A stretch of DNA of 33,046 nt from Candidatus Brocadiia bacterium. Lineage in GTDB: Bacteria; Planctomycetota; Brocadiia; SM23-32. The stretch's first letter is position 1. The number at the start of each line of letters is the position of its first letter. This document shows positions 18,822 through 28,674 of the stretch, in pieces. Made by a program: the position numbers and the translations under genes. The stretch covers positions 1 to 33,046 of the forward strand of contig JBKHIT010000058.1 of assembly GCA_046538485.1 (NCBI GenBank), in the 5' to 3' direction. The notes under the pieces are model-generated. The model made no database searches, was not told where the DNA came from, and worked only from the letters and a program-made list of their open reading frames with translations.

Positions 18822-19311
18822 AACTTGCTCCTTTGCACAGGGATCGTTGGTCAACAAGGTCAAAGCTCGCGCCTTCACCCGCTTCAAAAGTCATCCAACT
18901 GCTTTTACCGCATCACAAGTAAGTTCCCTCTATTGTACCTTAGATTGTGTTGTCAACCAATAGGGATTCGGCGTGATCGCACACTGCGCATCGTACCGGC
19001 TGGACTAGAAATCAGGGGTGCGTTTTTTGGCCCGATAGAAGGCCCGGCAGGGCTGATGCAGAGCGTGCTGGTTCGGCTACAGACGCATGGAGCACAGTCT
19101 CCCTGGGCTCCTTAACCTTGCGCGGAGGAGGCTCCAGCCTGTGGACCGGGTCGTCGACCCGGATGTGTTGACGACCAGGGGACGGGCTGCGGACTCAGGC
19201 ACATCGATTCGGTGTTTGAAAACCCTTCCCCTCCAAACCACTTTTGGGTTTGCAGTCCCCATATCGCGTCCCCGGGAGCCAATGCGTTCGGTGCTGCTCT
19301 TCGACATGCTT

Positions 19312-20856
19312 TCAGCGCCGATCGAACGACACGCCCGGCCAGTTGTCGGTGCGGAAGGGGGTGGCAGGGAGCCCTTCACGGTTGTAGAGGTTGCAGGGCG
19401 GGTTGTCGGCCCAGGCGTAACGAACGGCGACAGGGTCCTCCACTTTTTCGCTCGATACGACTACTGTCTCGCCCTCAATGCGAGCTTCGGCATTGACGAA
19501 ATTTCGGTTTTCGCCGGCGATCGTGAAAGTCTTCAACGGGCCGCCACCGCGGGTTATCAGCCCTGATCCGACGCGGCGGAAACCAATACGGATCTGCGTC
19601 CCTTCAATCGACATTGAGTCGTAGATCGGGCCGGTGGCGACGAGCGGGCGACCGTAGACTCTCGAGAGTGCCGTGCGCGCCAGGCGCTCGGCGACGGGGA
19701 GTTTGTTCGGAGGATGAAGGTCGTCGGCCTCGCCCAGATCGATCGTGACTGCCATCTCGGTGTTCGGAAGATCGAGCGTCATGAGCTGAGCTTCCCGGAC
19801 TTCGGCCCATTCGCTCTCCACCGGCCCGTCATTCACTTCGAGGTAGTTTGGCAACTGGACGTAATGGAACGGGAAATCGCCCTGTCCCCAGGCGGCACGC
19901 CAGTCCTGGATCATCGCCGGGAACAGTTTGCGATACTGGCAACCGCGGTCGCCGTTGGATTCGCCCTGGTACCAGATAGCTCCGCGGATGCCGTAGGGGA
20001 AAATCGGCGCCAGCATGGCATTGTAAAGCGCGGAAGGATGGGGACTTTCGGGACCCGGAGGTGCTGGCGGAGCGGGAGGCTGAGGTTTGCCCTGCTCTCG
20101 CGCTTTTTCGCAGGTCTGTTCCCACAACTGCAGTTTTTTCTTGTGCTCTTTTTGCGCGTCGGGATAAGCGGCAAGTGTTCTCTCCCAGCGTTCGAGAACC
20201 GGGCTGAAATCGGGATCAGACTCAAGCGTCTTGCGACTGGTCCACGCCTCCGCCGTTGTCCCACCCCAGGAGCTGTCGATCAGACCGATCGGCACGCTGA
20301 GTTTCTGGTGGAGTGTGCGGCCAAAAAGGTAGCCGATCGCTGAGAACGTGCGGGCGGATTCAGGCGTGCAGGCCGACCACGCGCAATCAACATCGAACTG
20401 CGGTTCGTCGGCAGTGACCTGAGGCACCGGCAGCAATCGCACGTCGGGGAGATCGGCCCGCGCTATCTCTTGCCGGGCGTTGATGATTGCTTCGAGCGGC
20501 CAGCCCATGTTTGACTGTCCCGAGCAGATCCAGACTTCTCCGATCAGCACGTTCTGAAGTCGAAAGGTTTCATTCCCGCGCACGACCATTTCGTGCGGCC
20601 CCCCTGCCGGCAACGGATCCAGTTTCAGGGACCAACCGCCGCTGGCATCGGTTTCGGTGGTTCTTTTTTGCCCGCAGAGGGAGACTTCAACTTCTTGTCC
20701 GGGAGCCGCTTTGCCCCAGACCGGCAGATCCTGTCCACGTTGCAGGACCATGCCGTCTCCAAAGATGTTCGGGAGACGGAGTCCGCTTGCGGCGAAGGAT
20801 GATGTGAGGAGGTAAAAAAGCACGGCGGAACTGAGCAGAAGGATCATCGAGAACAT
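19312..20856 (-). CDS. Sialate O-acetylesterase family protein
   Basis: IFGDGMVLQR, GEVWICSGQSNM, WGGTTAEAW, WYQGESN, DLHPPNK, VAVRYAW, PATPFRTD motifs. Confidence 0.93.
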   Translation of the reverse strand: MFSMILLLSSAVLFYLLTSSFAASGLRLPNIFGDGMVLQRGQDLPVWGKAAPGQEVEVSLCGQKRTTETDASGGWSLKLDPLPAGGPHEMVVRGNETFRLQNVLIGEVWICSGQSNMGWPLEAIINARQEIARADLPDVRLLPVPQVTADEPQFDVDCAWSACTPESARTFSAIGYLFGRTLHQKLSVPIGLIDSSWGGTTAEAWTSRKTLESDPDFSPVLERWERTLAAYPDAQKEHKKKLQLWEQTCEKAREQGKPQPPAPPAPPGPESPHPSALYNAMLAPIFPYGIRGAIWYQGESNGDRGCQYRKLFPAMIQDWRAAWGQGDFPFHYVQLPNYLEVNDGPVESEWAEVREAQLMTLDLPNTEMAVTIDLGEADDLHPPNKLPVAERLARTALSRVYGRPLVATGPIYDSMSIEGTQIRIGFRRVGSGLITRGGGPLKTFTIAGENRNFVNAEARIEGETVVVSSEKVEDPVAVRYAWADNPPCNLYNREGLPATPFRTDNWPGVSFDRR

Positions 20857-21121
20857 AACCGGGTTCTCCAGAGGGAGGGGAAAACGAGGGGGCGGACGGT
20901 GACGGCCGATTTTGAAGGGCACCAAATATAGCGAACGGAGCGGGCGAGTGCAAGGGCGGAAGCCAATTCGGCCATTTTCTCACTTAAAATCTTCTTCACC
21001 CCCCGGACAAGCCGGGAGGGGGCGGGGATGTATGGCGTTCCGATGGCTGGCCCACTCAATCTCTGCCTCCTCTCACGCAAGGTGGTACACGTTTAACGTT
21101 TCCCGCAGTGCCGGTGAAAAG

Positions 21122-21216
21122 GTCATTGCGAGGATGCCGGAGGCATCCGCGGCAATCTTGCTGTTGGGCTGGGAAAACGACGAGATTGCTTCGTCGCTGT
21201 CGCTCCTCGCAATGAC
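21122..21216. repeat. Palindromic repeat family C (GTCATTGCGAG...CTCGCAATGAC), copy 1
   Basis: 11-bp terminal inverted repeats plus an internal GCAATC...GATTGC inverted pair. Confidence 0.9.
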
Positions 21217-21284
21217 GGACTGTGTAGGCTTAACGCTTACGCAAGGGGACATGGGCGCTTCCGTTGTTTCCAGGGACGGAAGCA

Positions 21285-21327
21285 GAGCGGACTGGACTTC
21301 AGCCGGAGGCTGGAATTCAGAACCCGG
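21285..21327 (-). repeat. Intergenic repeat family A copy
   Basis: GAGCGGACTGGACTTCAGCCGGAGGCTGGAATTCAGAACCCGG, nearly identical to 31412-31454. Confidence 0.85.
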
Positions 21328-21379
21328 TTGAATTGGTTGCAATTTCCGGGGAAAGGTACGCGGCGCAAAAATGGGAGGA

Positions 21380-21745
21380 TCAGGAACTGCTCTTCGGATG
21401 GTGTGTGAAAGGGGGGAGCCCAATCTCGCGCACCCATTCTCCCGGCACTTCGTCCGGTATTTCGGGTTCACTGTCCGTGAGGTGGCGGTATACGTTTCTC
21501 AGAAACGTTACTGTTCCGAAGGCACGAGAGACCGCCTGGTAGTATGCCAGGCGTTTGAGTGCCCGCAACGAGGAAAAGCCTTTTTCGGGGAGGGCTCGGT
21601 GAAGTGTGAGTGCCATTTGCAGCAGTTCAATCAATTGCTCCCGGTCTTCGATTTCTGTTGCTTTTATTCGATTCCACACTTCGTGAAGTCTCGGTGGGAA
21701 AAACGCCAGTTCATAAGCAGCCTGAATTTTTTCTCTTGCGGTCAT
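21380..21745 (-). CDS. Hypothetical protein (121 aa)
   Basis: Protein-like helical composition starting at MTAREKIQAAYELAFFPPRL. No family recognised. Confidence 0.7.
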   Translation of the reverse strand: MTAREKIQAAYELAFFPPRLHEVWNRIKATEIEDREQLIELLQMALTLHRALPEKGFSSLRALKRLAYYQAVSRAFGTVTFLRNVYRHLTDSEPEIPDEVPGEWVREIGLPPFTHHPKSSS

Positions 21746-21959
21746 TCTTCTTCCCGCCAAAGTTGCAGATACCTGGTAAGCTGGTTTTGGTTCATGCCAG
21801 TACCCAACAGGGCCACAAAGAGAGATAACCCCAAAATCTATTATAGAGTTAGAGCTTCCGCGCGTCCACCCCGCTGATGCGGAACTCAGCGCGAGGAGCC
21901 CCGTGGCGGGGTAGGTGTCGGGGAATTTGCCCGTCGCCACTTGTTGGATCTCAAACCGT

Positions 21960-21989
21960 TTGCCCCGCAATGCGGTGTATGGTTAGAAT
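21960..21989 (+). promoter_or_regulatory. Candidate sigma70 promoter
   Basis: TTGCCC-N18-TAGAAT, about 40 nt upstream of ATG 22027. Confidence 0.35.
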
Positions 21990-22026
21990 GCAGTCCGCTG
22001 TCGGGATATTCATGGAGGATACCACA

Positions 22027-23142
22027 ATGCCGTTCGAGCGCCTGAACCGACGCCGTTTGAGTTTTCGTCCTCTCTCCGAGCGCGAGAACCGCGTGGACAT
22101 AGAAAAAGACGCGATTGGTCCCGGGGATGAGTACGCCGAGATCTCGGGCGAGGTTCGTCAAACGGTCGAACGCACCGCCGAAGGGATCCGTGCGGCTGTG
22201 GAGCACGATCGGCCCGTGGTGATGGCGTTTGGAGCACACACGATTAAAAACGGCCTCGGTCCGGTACTCATCCGCTTGATGGAAGACGGTTACCTTACAC
22301 ATCTTGCGACGAACGGGGCGGGGATCATTCACGACTGGGAATTTTCGTTTTTCGGTCAGAGCAGCGAGCATGTCGAGAAGAACATGCACAACGGATGTTT
22401 CGGCATGTGGGAAGAGACGGGTTTTTATCTCAATCTGGCCATTCTGGTCGGTGCCTGGCGCGGTCTGGGATACGGCGAGAGCGTGGGCGCAATGATTGAG
22501 GAGGGGGAAATCAAGCTTCCTGATCCCGAAAGACTCCGCACCGATATAACCCGTGGTATCGAAGAACATCCTGCCGAGGAGCGAGTTGCATCCGCAGCGG
22601 ATCTGCTGCGGACCATGGAACGTCTTGATCTCCCGTCGGGATGTCTGGCCGTTCCGCATCCTTATAAGGAGTACAGTCCCCAGGCGGCGGCATTTCGGCT
22701 TGATGTTCCATTCACGGCCCATCCGATGATCGGGCACGATATCATTTACCTGCATCCGCTCAACCACGGCGGGGCTGTGGGACGTGCGGCTTTGCGCGAT
22801 TTCCGGACGTTTGCCAGTACGATCAGCGAAATCGAAGGCGGAGTGTATCTCTCCGTCGGGTCCGCCGTGATGTCGCCGATGATTTTTGAGAAATCGATGT
22901 CGATGGCCCAGAACCTGGCACTTCAACAGGGACGCTGTGTCAAATCGCACCTGATCACCGTGGTTGATCTTCAGGAATCGACCTGGGATTGGGGACAAGG
23001 CGAGCCGCCCGAGGACCATCCGGATTATTATCTGCGTTTCTACAAAACGTTCCAACGGGTGGGGGGCGAACTCCACTACGCTCAGTGCGATAACCGCGAT
23101 TTTCTTCTGGCACTTTGCGAGGAACTGGGCGTTGAAGGTTAA
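22027..23142 (+). CDS. Conserved hypothetical protein, deoxyhypusine-synthase-like (GSU2086-type)
   Basis: PVVMAFGAHTIKNGLGPVLIRLM, HLATNGAGIIHDWE, GYGESVG, GGVYLSVGSAVMSPMIFEK. GGAGG RBS. Confidence 0.65.
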   Translation: MPFERLNRRRLSFRPLSERENRVDIEKDAIGPGDEYAEISGEVRQTVERTAEGIRAAVEHDRPVVMAFGAHTIKNGLGPVLIRLMEDGYLTHLATNGAGIIHDWEFSFFGQSSEHVEKNMHNGCFGMWEETGFYLNLAILVGAWRGLGYGESVGAMIEEGEIKLPDPERLRTDITRGIEEHPAEERVASAADLLRTMERLDLPSGCLAVPHPYKEYSPQAAAFRLDVPFTAHPMIGHDIIYLHPLNHGGAVGRAALRDFRTFASTISEIEGGVYLSVGSAVMSPMIFEKSMSMAQNLALQQGRCVKSHLITVVDLQESTWDWGQGEPPEDHPDYYLRFYKTFQRVGGELHYAQCDNRDFLLALCEELGVEG

Positions 23143-23163
23143 TTTGTTTCAGGATTTCAGAAA

Positions 23164-24534
23164 ATGGTTGACAGACCGAACGTTCTGATAATCAACACGC
23201 ACGACAGCGGACGCCATTTCGGCTGTTATGGTGTTCCGACTGTCCACACTCCCGCTATCGATGCTCTTGCCGATGATGGAGTGAAATTCACACGGATGTT
23301 CTCGACCAGTTCGATTTGCAGTCCGAGCCGCGGATCGCTGTTGACGGGACAGTATCCGCAGCGGAACGGTTTGATTGGCCTGGCCGGCGGTTGCTGGAAC
23401 TGGGAACTCACCGAGCCGACCCGGTATCTCTCACATGTGATGAAAAATGCCGGCTACAGGACGGCTCAGTTCGGCATTCAGCACGAGACAACAGATCTCA
23501 GCAAGTTGGGTTTTGAAAAACACGATCCATACCTCCCCGAGGAAGACGGTCCAAAACACGCCGTGCGCGTGGCGGAAGGCTTCGCAGAATTTCTTCGCAG
23601 GGAGGGGAAAGACGAAGAACCATTTTACGCCCAGATTGGTTTTTTCGAGACCCACACACCGTTTCTCCGCGGTCCGATAGAGGCGGACGATGAGCACGGT
23701 GTCTGGATCCCACCATACTGCGAACCGGGGAAAGAAAATCGCTGGCACGGAATGCCGCATCCCGGGGACGAAAAATTGAGAGATCATGCTGCCGAGCTGC
23801 AGGGATCGGTGCGGCACGTCGACGCGGCGGTTGAGATCATCCTGGACGCTCTGCGGGAAGTCGGTCTGGAAAAGGACTCGCTGGTGCTTTTCACCACCGA
23901 TCACGGACCTGAGTTGCCTCGGGCGAAATGGACGATGCTTGACGCGGGGACCGGTGTCGCCTTCATCCTGCGCTGGCCGGGAGGCGGACTGACAGGTGGG
24001 CAGGAGTGCGATCATCTGCTCAGCAACGTCGATTTTCTCCCGACTCTTGCTGAACTGCTGGATTTGCCAATTCAACATGAGATGGACGGCACGAGTTTCG
24101 CCTCTGTTCTGGAGGACCCCATCGTTTCGGACCAACCGGTCCGGGAGTGTGTCTTTGCTCTGTTTGTGAACGCGGCGACTTATTCGGCCCGGACCGAAAG
24201 ATACCGGTTGGTGCGTAATTTTAAGGAAGGTTACGAGCCCCGGGGAGACGCCTGTGGCCCTCGCCGCCTCTGGCCGGTCCAGCGGCTGTACGATCTGTCG
24301 AACGATCCCTTGCAGGAAAGGAATCTCGTCGAAGATCCGGTCTGCGGGGACGTTCTGGAGGAAATGAACGATCGGTTCTGGGGTTGGTTGGAAGAGATTG
24401 ATGCTCCCATTCTTAACGGTCCGGTCCGCACGCCGTATTACGGCCTGGCGATGGAAGATTACCGGGAGCGAAAGGGGTTCGGGCCCAGCGACGATATCGG
24501 CCGATGTGACGGAGGGAGTTCTCTGGGGTCGTAG
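23164..24534 (+). CDS. Sulfatase (Cys-type, formylglycine-dependent)
   Basis: RPNVLII, CSPSRGSLLTG, FTTDHG, SNVDFLPTL, LYDLSNDP motifs. Confidence 0.95.
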   Translation: MVDRPNVLIINTHDSGRHFGCYGVPTVHTPAIDALADDGVKFTRMFSTSSICSPSRGSLLTGQYPQRNGLIGLAGGCWNWELTEPTRYLSHVMKNAGYRTAQFGIQHETTDLSKLGFEKHDPYLPEEDGPKHAVRVAEGFAEFLRREGKDEEPFYAQIGFFETHTPFLRGPIEADDEHGVWIPPYCEPGKENRWHGMPHPGDEKLRDHAAELQGSVRHVDAAVEIILDALREVGLEKDSLVLFTTDHGPELPRAKWTMLDAGTGVAFILRWPGGGLTGGQECDHLLSNVDFLPTLAELLDLPIQHEMDGTSFASVLEDPIVSDQPVRECVFALFVNAATYSARTERYRLVRNFKEGYEPRGDACGPRRLWPVQRLYDLSNDPLQERNLVEDPVCGDVLEEMNDRFWGWLEEIDAPILNGPVRTPYYGLAMEDYRERKGFGPSDDIGRCDGGSSLGS

Positions 24535-24601
24535 AGAGTATTTTCGGAATCGGATTCGTATTTTAGCGACATTCAAACCAGAAGCGTGTCGTGCTGCTGA
24601 A

Positions 24602-25726
24602 TCACATTCCAGCGACCCACTGGCGGGAATCCGGGACTTTCAGCCACTGGCCGTCGTTCTGGATGGATTGCTGGCTGACAAGGCCGGGGAGAGTCATATC
24701 CATGGCCCTGTGGATACCGATGGGACACGATTCGCGATCGAAAATCGCGTTGAGCCAGTCGAGGACCTCGAAATAATCGCCTCCTCCATGTCCCGCTTTT
24801 TTGGCTTCTTCAGGGGGATTGCGCCAGATCTCGGGCATGTATTCGTCCGTCAGTTCGTTCAGATCATGCCACTCGTTGGGTTCGCCATGGAGTTCGCGCA
24901 ACCACACGCGGTTCATCTCTCCGGGAGCCCTTGCGGATTCGTAGCTGCCGTCGGTGCCCTGGAGCTGGTAATTGTTCATTGCATGGGGGCGGTCGCTGAG
25001 CATATCGACGCGTATTTTGACGAGGCCACCACCTGACATGCGGCCGAGCATGACGACGGAGTCTTCGTTCTCATACTCATCGCCGCGCGGGTCGATGTAA
25101 TGATGCCCGGAGCCCGCACAGCAGACTTCGGTCACGCGCTGATCGCCGAACCACTGAAAGATTGGCCCGAGGCTATGGGTTGGGTAAGTGATTCCATTGA
25201 TTCCGGTCTGCCATTTTCGTCGCCACCTGGTGATTTCATTGAGCCCTTTGAGTTCATGGAGGTATTCGCCCTCGGCGTAGTATGGTTCTCCAAAAAAGCC
25301 CTTCTGAGCGAGCGAGCGGACCAGGACGTTCGCGCGGGTGTAGGTGTAATTCTCAGCCATCATGTAAACGGCTTCCGAGCCCGCGGCGGTTTCTGTCAGT
25401 TCGCGACATTCTTCGATCGATACGCCGGCGGTCACCTCGCTGAGGACATGGATATTCTTTTTCAGGGCTGCGATGGCCTGGGGGGCGTGAAATTGCATGG
25501 GAGTGCCGATGACGACGGCATCGACGTCGGAGCTATCGAGCATCTCTCCGTAATCCGTGTATTTTTCATTTGCTCCGAGGCGATCCATTGCTTCGTCCAG
25601 AGCCTCTTCATTGACATCGCACACGGCATGGATTGTAGCTTCACGGCTGGTTTCCAGAGCGGCGCGAAAGCTGGCTCCACGTCCCGCGGCACCGACAATC
25701 CCGACATTAAGCGCGTCAGCAATCAT
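24602..25726 (-). CDS. Gfo/Idh/MocA family oxidoreductase
   Basis: VGIVGAAGRG, HVLSEVTA, YMMAENY, YAEGEYLH, YPTHSLGP, GHGGGD motifs. Confidence 0.92.
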   Translation of the reverse strand: MIADALNVGIVGAAGRGASFRAALETSREATIHAVCDVNEEALDEAMDRLGANEKYTDYGEMLDSSDVDAVVIGTPMQFHAPQAIAALKKNIHVLSEVTAGVSIEECRELTETAAGSEAVYMMAENYTYTRANVLVRSLAQKGFFGEPYYAEGEYLHELKGLNEITRWRRKWQTGINGITYPTHSLGPIFQWFGDQRVTEVCCAGSGHHYIDPRGDEYENEDSVVMLGRMSGGGLVKIRVDMLSDRPHAMNNYQLQGTDGSYESARAPGEMNRVWLRELHGEPNEWHDLNELTDEYMPEIWRNPPEEAKKAGHGGGDYFEVLDWLNAIFDRESCPIGIHRAMDMTLPGLVSQQSIQNDGQWLKVPDSRQWVAGM

Positions 25727-25889
25727 TTCTTTTTGTTCCCCATCTCAGGTAAAAGGATATTTCACTGAAATATTTGACGGCCGTGGGAATTATACATCGC
25801 AGCCAGCGGGTGTGAAAGCCGGGATTGCGACTCCGCTGAGTTTATGTTCAGAGCGGAGGGCTTGATGTCCCTGTGGTTCGACTTGCCGA

Positions 25890-25940
25890 CCGCATTCTGA
25901 ACTCCAGCCCCGGCGAGCGGGGCTGAACTCCAGTCTGCTC
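25890..25940 (+). repeat. Intergenic repeat family A copy
   Basis: CCGCATTCTGAACTCCAGCCCCGGCGAGCGGGGCTGAACTCCAGTCTGCTC. Confidence 0.8.
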
Positions 25941-26056
25941 AGGGAGGCAGGGGCCGGTGTGCATACAGGAGTCGCGTCAGATTGTCTCGTGCTAAGTGGT
26001 CTTCTATAAGTACTGAGCATTTGATAAAGCCGTAAGATACTTTTCCTTGCGGCCCT

Positions 26057-26172
26057 CGCCTCCGGCGAGGCGATCCGCGGTTCATGGGCTTGCTCTACCC
26101 CCGGGGTTCGCTCGGCCCCATAGTGGCCTCACTCACCCCGGGCTATCTCTGAAACGCCCGCCTCCGGCGGGT
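26057..26172. repeat. GC-rich triple-hairpin element
   Basis: TCGCCTCCGGCGA ... CCCGGGGT(N)ACCCCGGG ... CCCGCCTCCGGCGGG. Single copy in this window. Confidence 0.5.
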
Positions 26173-26205
26173 ACGCGTTTACATCAGTCGTTCAGCTTTA
26201 CAAAT

Positions 26206-26310
26206 GTCATTGCGAGGCGTTCCGCTCAGCGGGGCGCCGCGGCAATCTCGCTGTTGGGCCAACAAAACGACGAGATTGCTTCGCCCATCTTGCGATGGGC
26301 TCGCAATGAC
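26206..26310. repeat. Palindromic repeat family C, copy 2
   Basis: GTCATTGCGAG...GCAATCTCG...CGAGATTGCTTCG...CTCGCAATGAC. Confidence 0.9.
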
Positions 26311-26399
26311 CCAAGGAGCGGTATTTCCTGGCTAAACGTACTCCGCGGGCTAACCGGCCTCATGACGCTCTATCGAAGAAGATGCAACTGACCACTTAC

Positions 26400-26597
26400 G
26401 TCCGCGGAGAACTGGGTGATGGTGAACGAAGAAATCATAAGGCTGAAACCCTGCAATATAATTCTCGGAATTCCAACGGGAAACTGGTCGTGTCCAAAAG
26501 ATGGTGCCTTTGAAACATGCACAAGACGGCACGATATTGGAAACTAACATCAACGCCATCGGATTAATTTGCTCGTTAAAATGGCTGCGGCTGCGGG
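26400..26597. repeat. 198-bp dispersed repeat, copy 2
   Basis: Ungapped match to 13788-13985, same orientation. Confidence 0.9.
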
Positions 26598-26890
26598 GGC
26601 CCACCTCAATTTGCTGTTGTTTTTGAAAAGGATGTGGTTACCAAAGCTTAGGATATTTATCGCAGACCGCTTAGCTATGGCGATACCCTTGTTTCATCTC
26701 CGTCCCGGACACAATTTTAACTTGCGACGGGACGACAAACGCTTATCTTGTAGCTCACGGATCCTGTGTTTGATGATTCTTTTCGGTGTTTGGGAATGAG
26801 CGGAACGGAAATTAAGAACTGGCTGGTTGGATTCGGTTTCGTGGTTGCGGGCTTTGCGCAGTCGCTGAGCGAGAAATCCGGGAGGTCAGC

Positions 26891-28351
26891 ATGAACGAGA
26901 CGTCTCAACGCGGCGCCGGCGCCCTGGCGCTCGGGATCGATATCGGAACCACGGCGATCAAGATCTGCCTGGTAGATGCGGAAGGTCGGGTCGTGGGAAG
27001 CGGGGCGGCGGTTACGGTTTTGGAAACCGGTCCCGGGGGTCGAGTCGAGCAGGATCCGGAAAATATCTGGGATGGGATCGTTCATTCCGTGCGGGCCGCG
27101 TTTGAGGAATACAGCAAAAAAAAGACCATCACCGGATTAAGCCTTTCGTCCCAGGGAGGAGCACTCCTTCTGTTTGATGAAGATGACGCTCCAATTGGCA
27201 ATGCCATCTCCTGGATGGATTCCCGGCCGGGGCGGATGGTTGAGCCGGCTTTTGATACTGAAATGCAGGAGCGACTTTACCGCAAGACCGGCTGGTCGAG
27301 TCGGAACAGCCTGCCACTGGCACAACTGATTCGCATGCAACATGAAGAGCCGGAAAAATTTAATGCGATCGGACGGGTGGAATTTATCGACTCCTATCTC
27401 GTCCGGCGCCTTACCGGAGAGTCTGTTTGCAGCCGGTCAGACGCGGCGATCACGATGCTCTACGATTTGGAGTCGCGAGATTGGGACGAATCGGTGCTGA
27501 CGATGGCCGGTGCTGAGAGAATCATGCTCCCGGATGTCAGGAATTCGGGTTCTGTGGTGGGGAAAGTCCGAGCCGAACCGGCTTCGGACCTGGGTATTTC
27601 GCAAGACACGGAGGTGGTTGTGGGAGCGCACGATCAATACTGCGCAGCCTATGGAGCCGGGTGTCGACGAGCGGGGGATACAATTGTTTCGTGTGGCACG
27701 GCGTGGGTGCTTTTGACGATGGCTGAGCAAAAACTCATCGATGAGAAAGCCCGGATGGCTCCGGCCGAGGCTGTGCCGCCGCGGCTCTGGGGGCTGCTCG
27801 GTTCCTCTCCTCAGGCCGGGGCTTCCGTCGATTGGTTCCGATCCGCCGTGACACCTTCGGCTGAAACTGTTCCGTTCGAAGAATTTGAGCGGGCGGCCGG
27901 TGAGGTCGCGCCGTCCACGGAAAACCCCGTTTTCATCCCGGCGATGGAAAGGGGGGAGAGTGGCGGTGAGTTTTTGAATCTGGCGCTGGACCACAGTTTC
28001 GGTCACCTGGCTCGATCCGTGCTCGAAGGAGCGGCGTTGTGCGCGCGCAGGCATCTGGAACGCATGGAACTGGCCGGCGCGGCTCCGTCTCTGCTGAAAG
28101 CAGTGGGAGGGGCAACCCGGTCGGACCTCTGGATGCAGATTCTGGCTGACGTAACCGGTTTGCCACTGGAAGTTGCCGGTTACCAGGAGGCGGCATCGTA
28201 TGGTGCCGCACTAATTGCCGGGCAGAATACAGAATTGCTGCCCGCGGAGTTCGAGTGGCCCGGGCCGTCCCGCAGATTTGAACCGCGGTCAGAAACGACG
28301 GAATTGTACTCAAAAATATTCGAACGTCTTGGCACCGATTTTAGCCGTTAG
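26891..28351 (+). CDS. FGGY family carbohydrate kinase (xylulokinase-like)
   Basis: LGIDIGTTAIK, EQDPE, ISWMDSR, GAHDQ, SCGTA, RSVLEG, VGGATRSDLWMQILADVTG motifs. Confidence 0.95.
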   Translation: MNETSQRGAGALALGIDIGTTAIKICLVDAEGRVVGSGAAVTVLETGPGGRVEQDPENIWDGIVHSVRAAFEEYSKKKTITGLSLSSQGGALLLFDEDDAPIGNAISWMDSRPGRMVEPAFDTEMQERLYRKTGWSSRNSLPLAQLIRMQHEEPEKFNAIGRVEFIDSYLVRRLTGESVCSRSDAAITMLYDLESRDWDESVLTMAGAERIMLPDVRNSGSVVGKVRAEPASDLGISQDTEVVVGAHDQYCAAYGAGCRRAGDTIVSCGTAWVLLTMAEQKLIDEKARMAPAEAVPPRLWGLLGSSPQAGASVDWFRSAVTPSAETVPFEEFERAAGEVAPSTENPVFIPAMERGESGGEFLNLALDHSFGHLARSVLEGAALCARRHLERMELAGAAPSLLKAVGGATRSDLWMQILADVTGLPLEVAGYQEAASYGAALIAGQNTELLPAEFEWPGPSRRFEPRSETTELYSKIFERLGTDFSR

Positions 28352-28503
28352 TTTGAACTGATTACTGTCAAATTAAAGCCTGAGTTTTTGGTATCTACCG
28401 TTCGCACGTTTTCTGAAGGAAAGATTCCGGCTAAAAAGCTTTTTAAACAGTCTACATCCGGCTATGCATTCAGTGTTCGTTACAATAACATTTATGCTTA
28501 CAT

Positions 28504-28608
28504 GCCATTGCGAGGTGTCCCCCGAAGCGGGGCGCCGCTGCAATCTCGTTGTTGGTCCGGAAGAACGACGAGATTGCTTCGCCCACATTACGATGGACTC
28601 GCAATGAC
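28504..28608. repeat. Palindromic repeat family C, copy 3
   Basis: GCCATTGCGAG...GCAATCTCG...CGAGATTGCTTCG...CTCGCAATGAC. Confidence 0.9.
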
Positions 28609-28674
28609 CTCGGGCACTGGATTGTCAGGCTAACCAGGTATGTAAGATGCAGGATAGAAATGGCGGAGTTTGCG

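Noticed and set aside
20912..21542. Short ORFs across the repeat mosaic (similarly 13436-14122 and 26047-26799)
   Set aside because: They translate repeat sequences (e.g. EIASSLSLLAMT) and lack independent coding evidence.
21886..24576. Long antisense ORFs (also 8637-9602, 10405-11199, 15981-17036, 17300-18184)
   Set aside because: These are shadows of well-supported genes on the opposite strand in GC-rich DNA, with no family motifs.
28549..28674. N-terminal extension of the amidohydrolase containing the palindromic repeat
   Set aside because: The extension is just the translation of repeat family C. A better start with an RBS lies at 28675.
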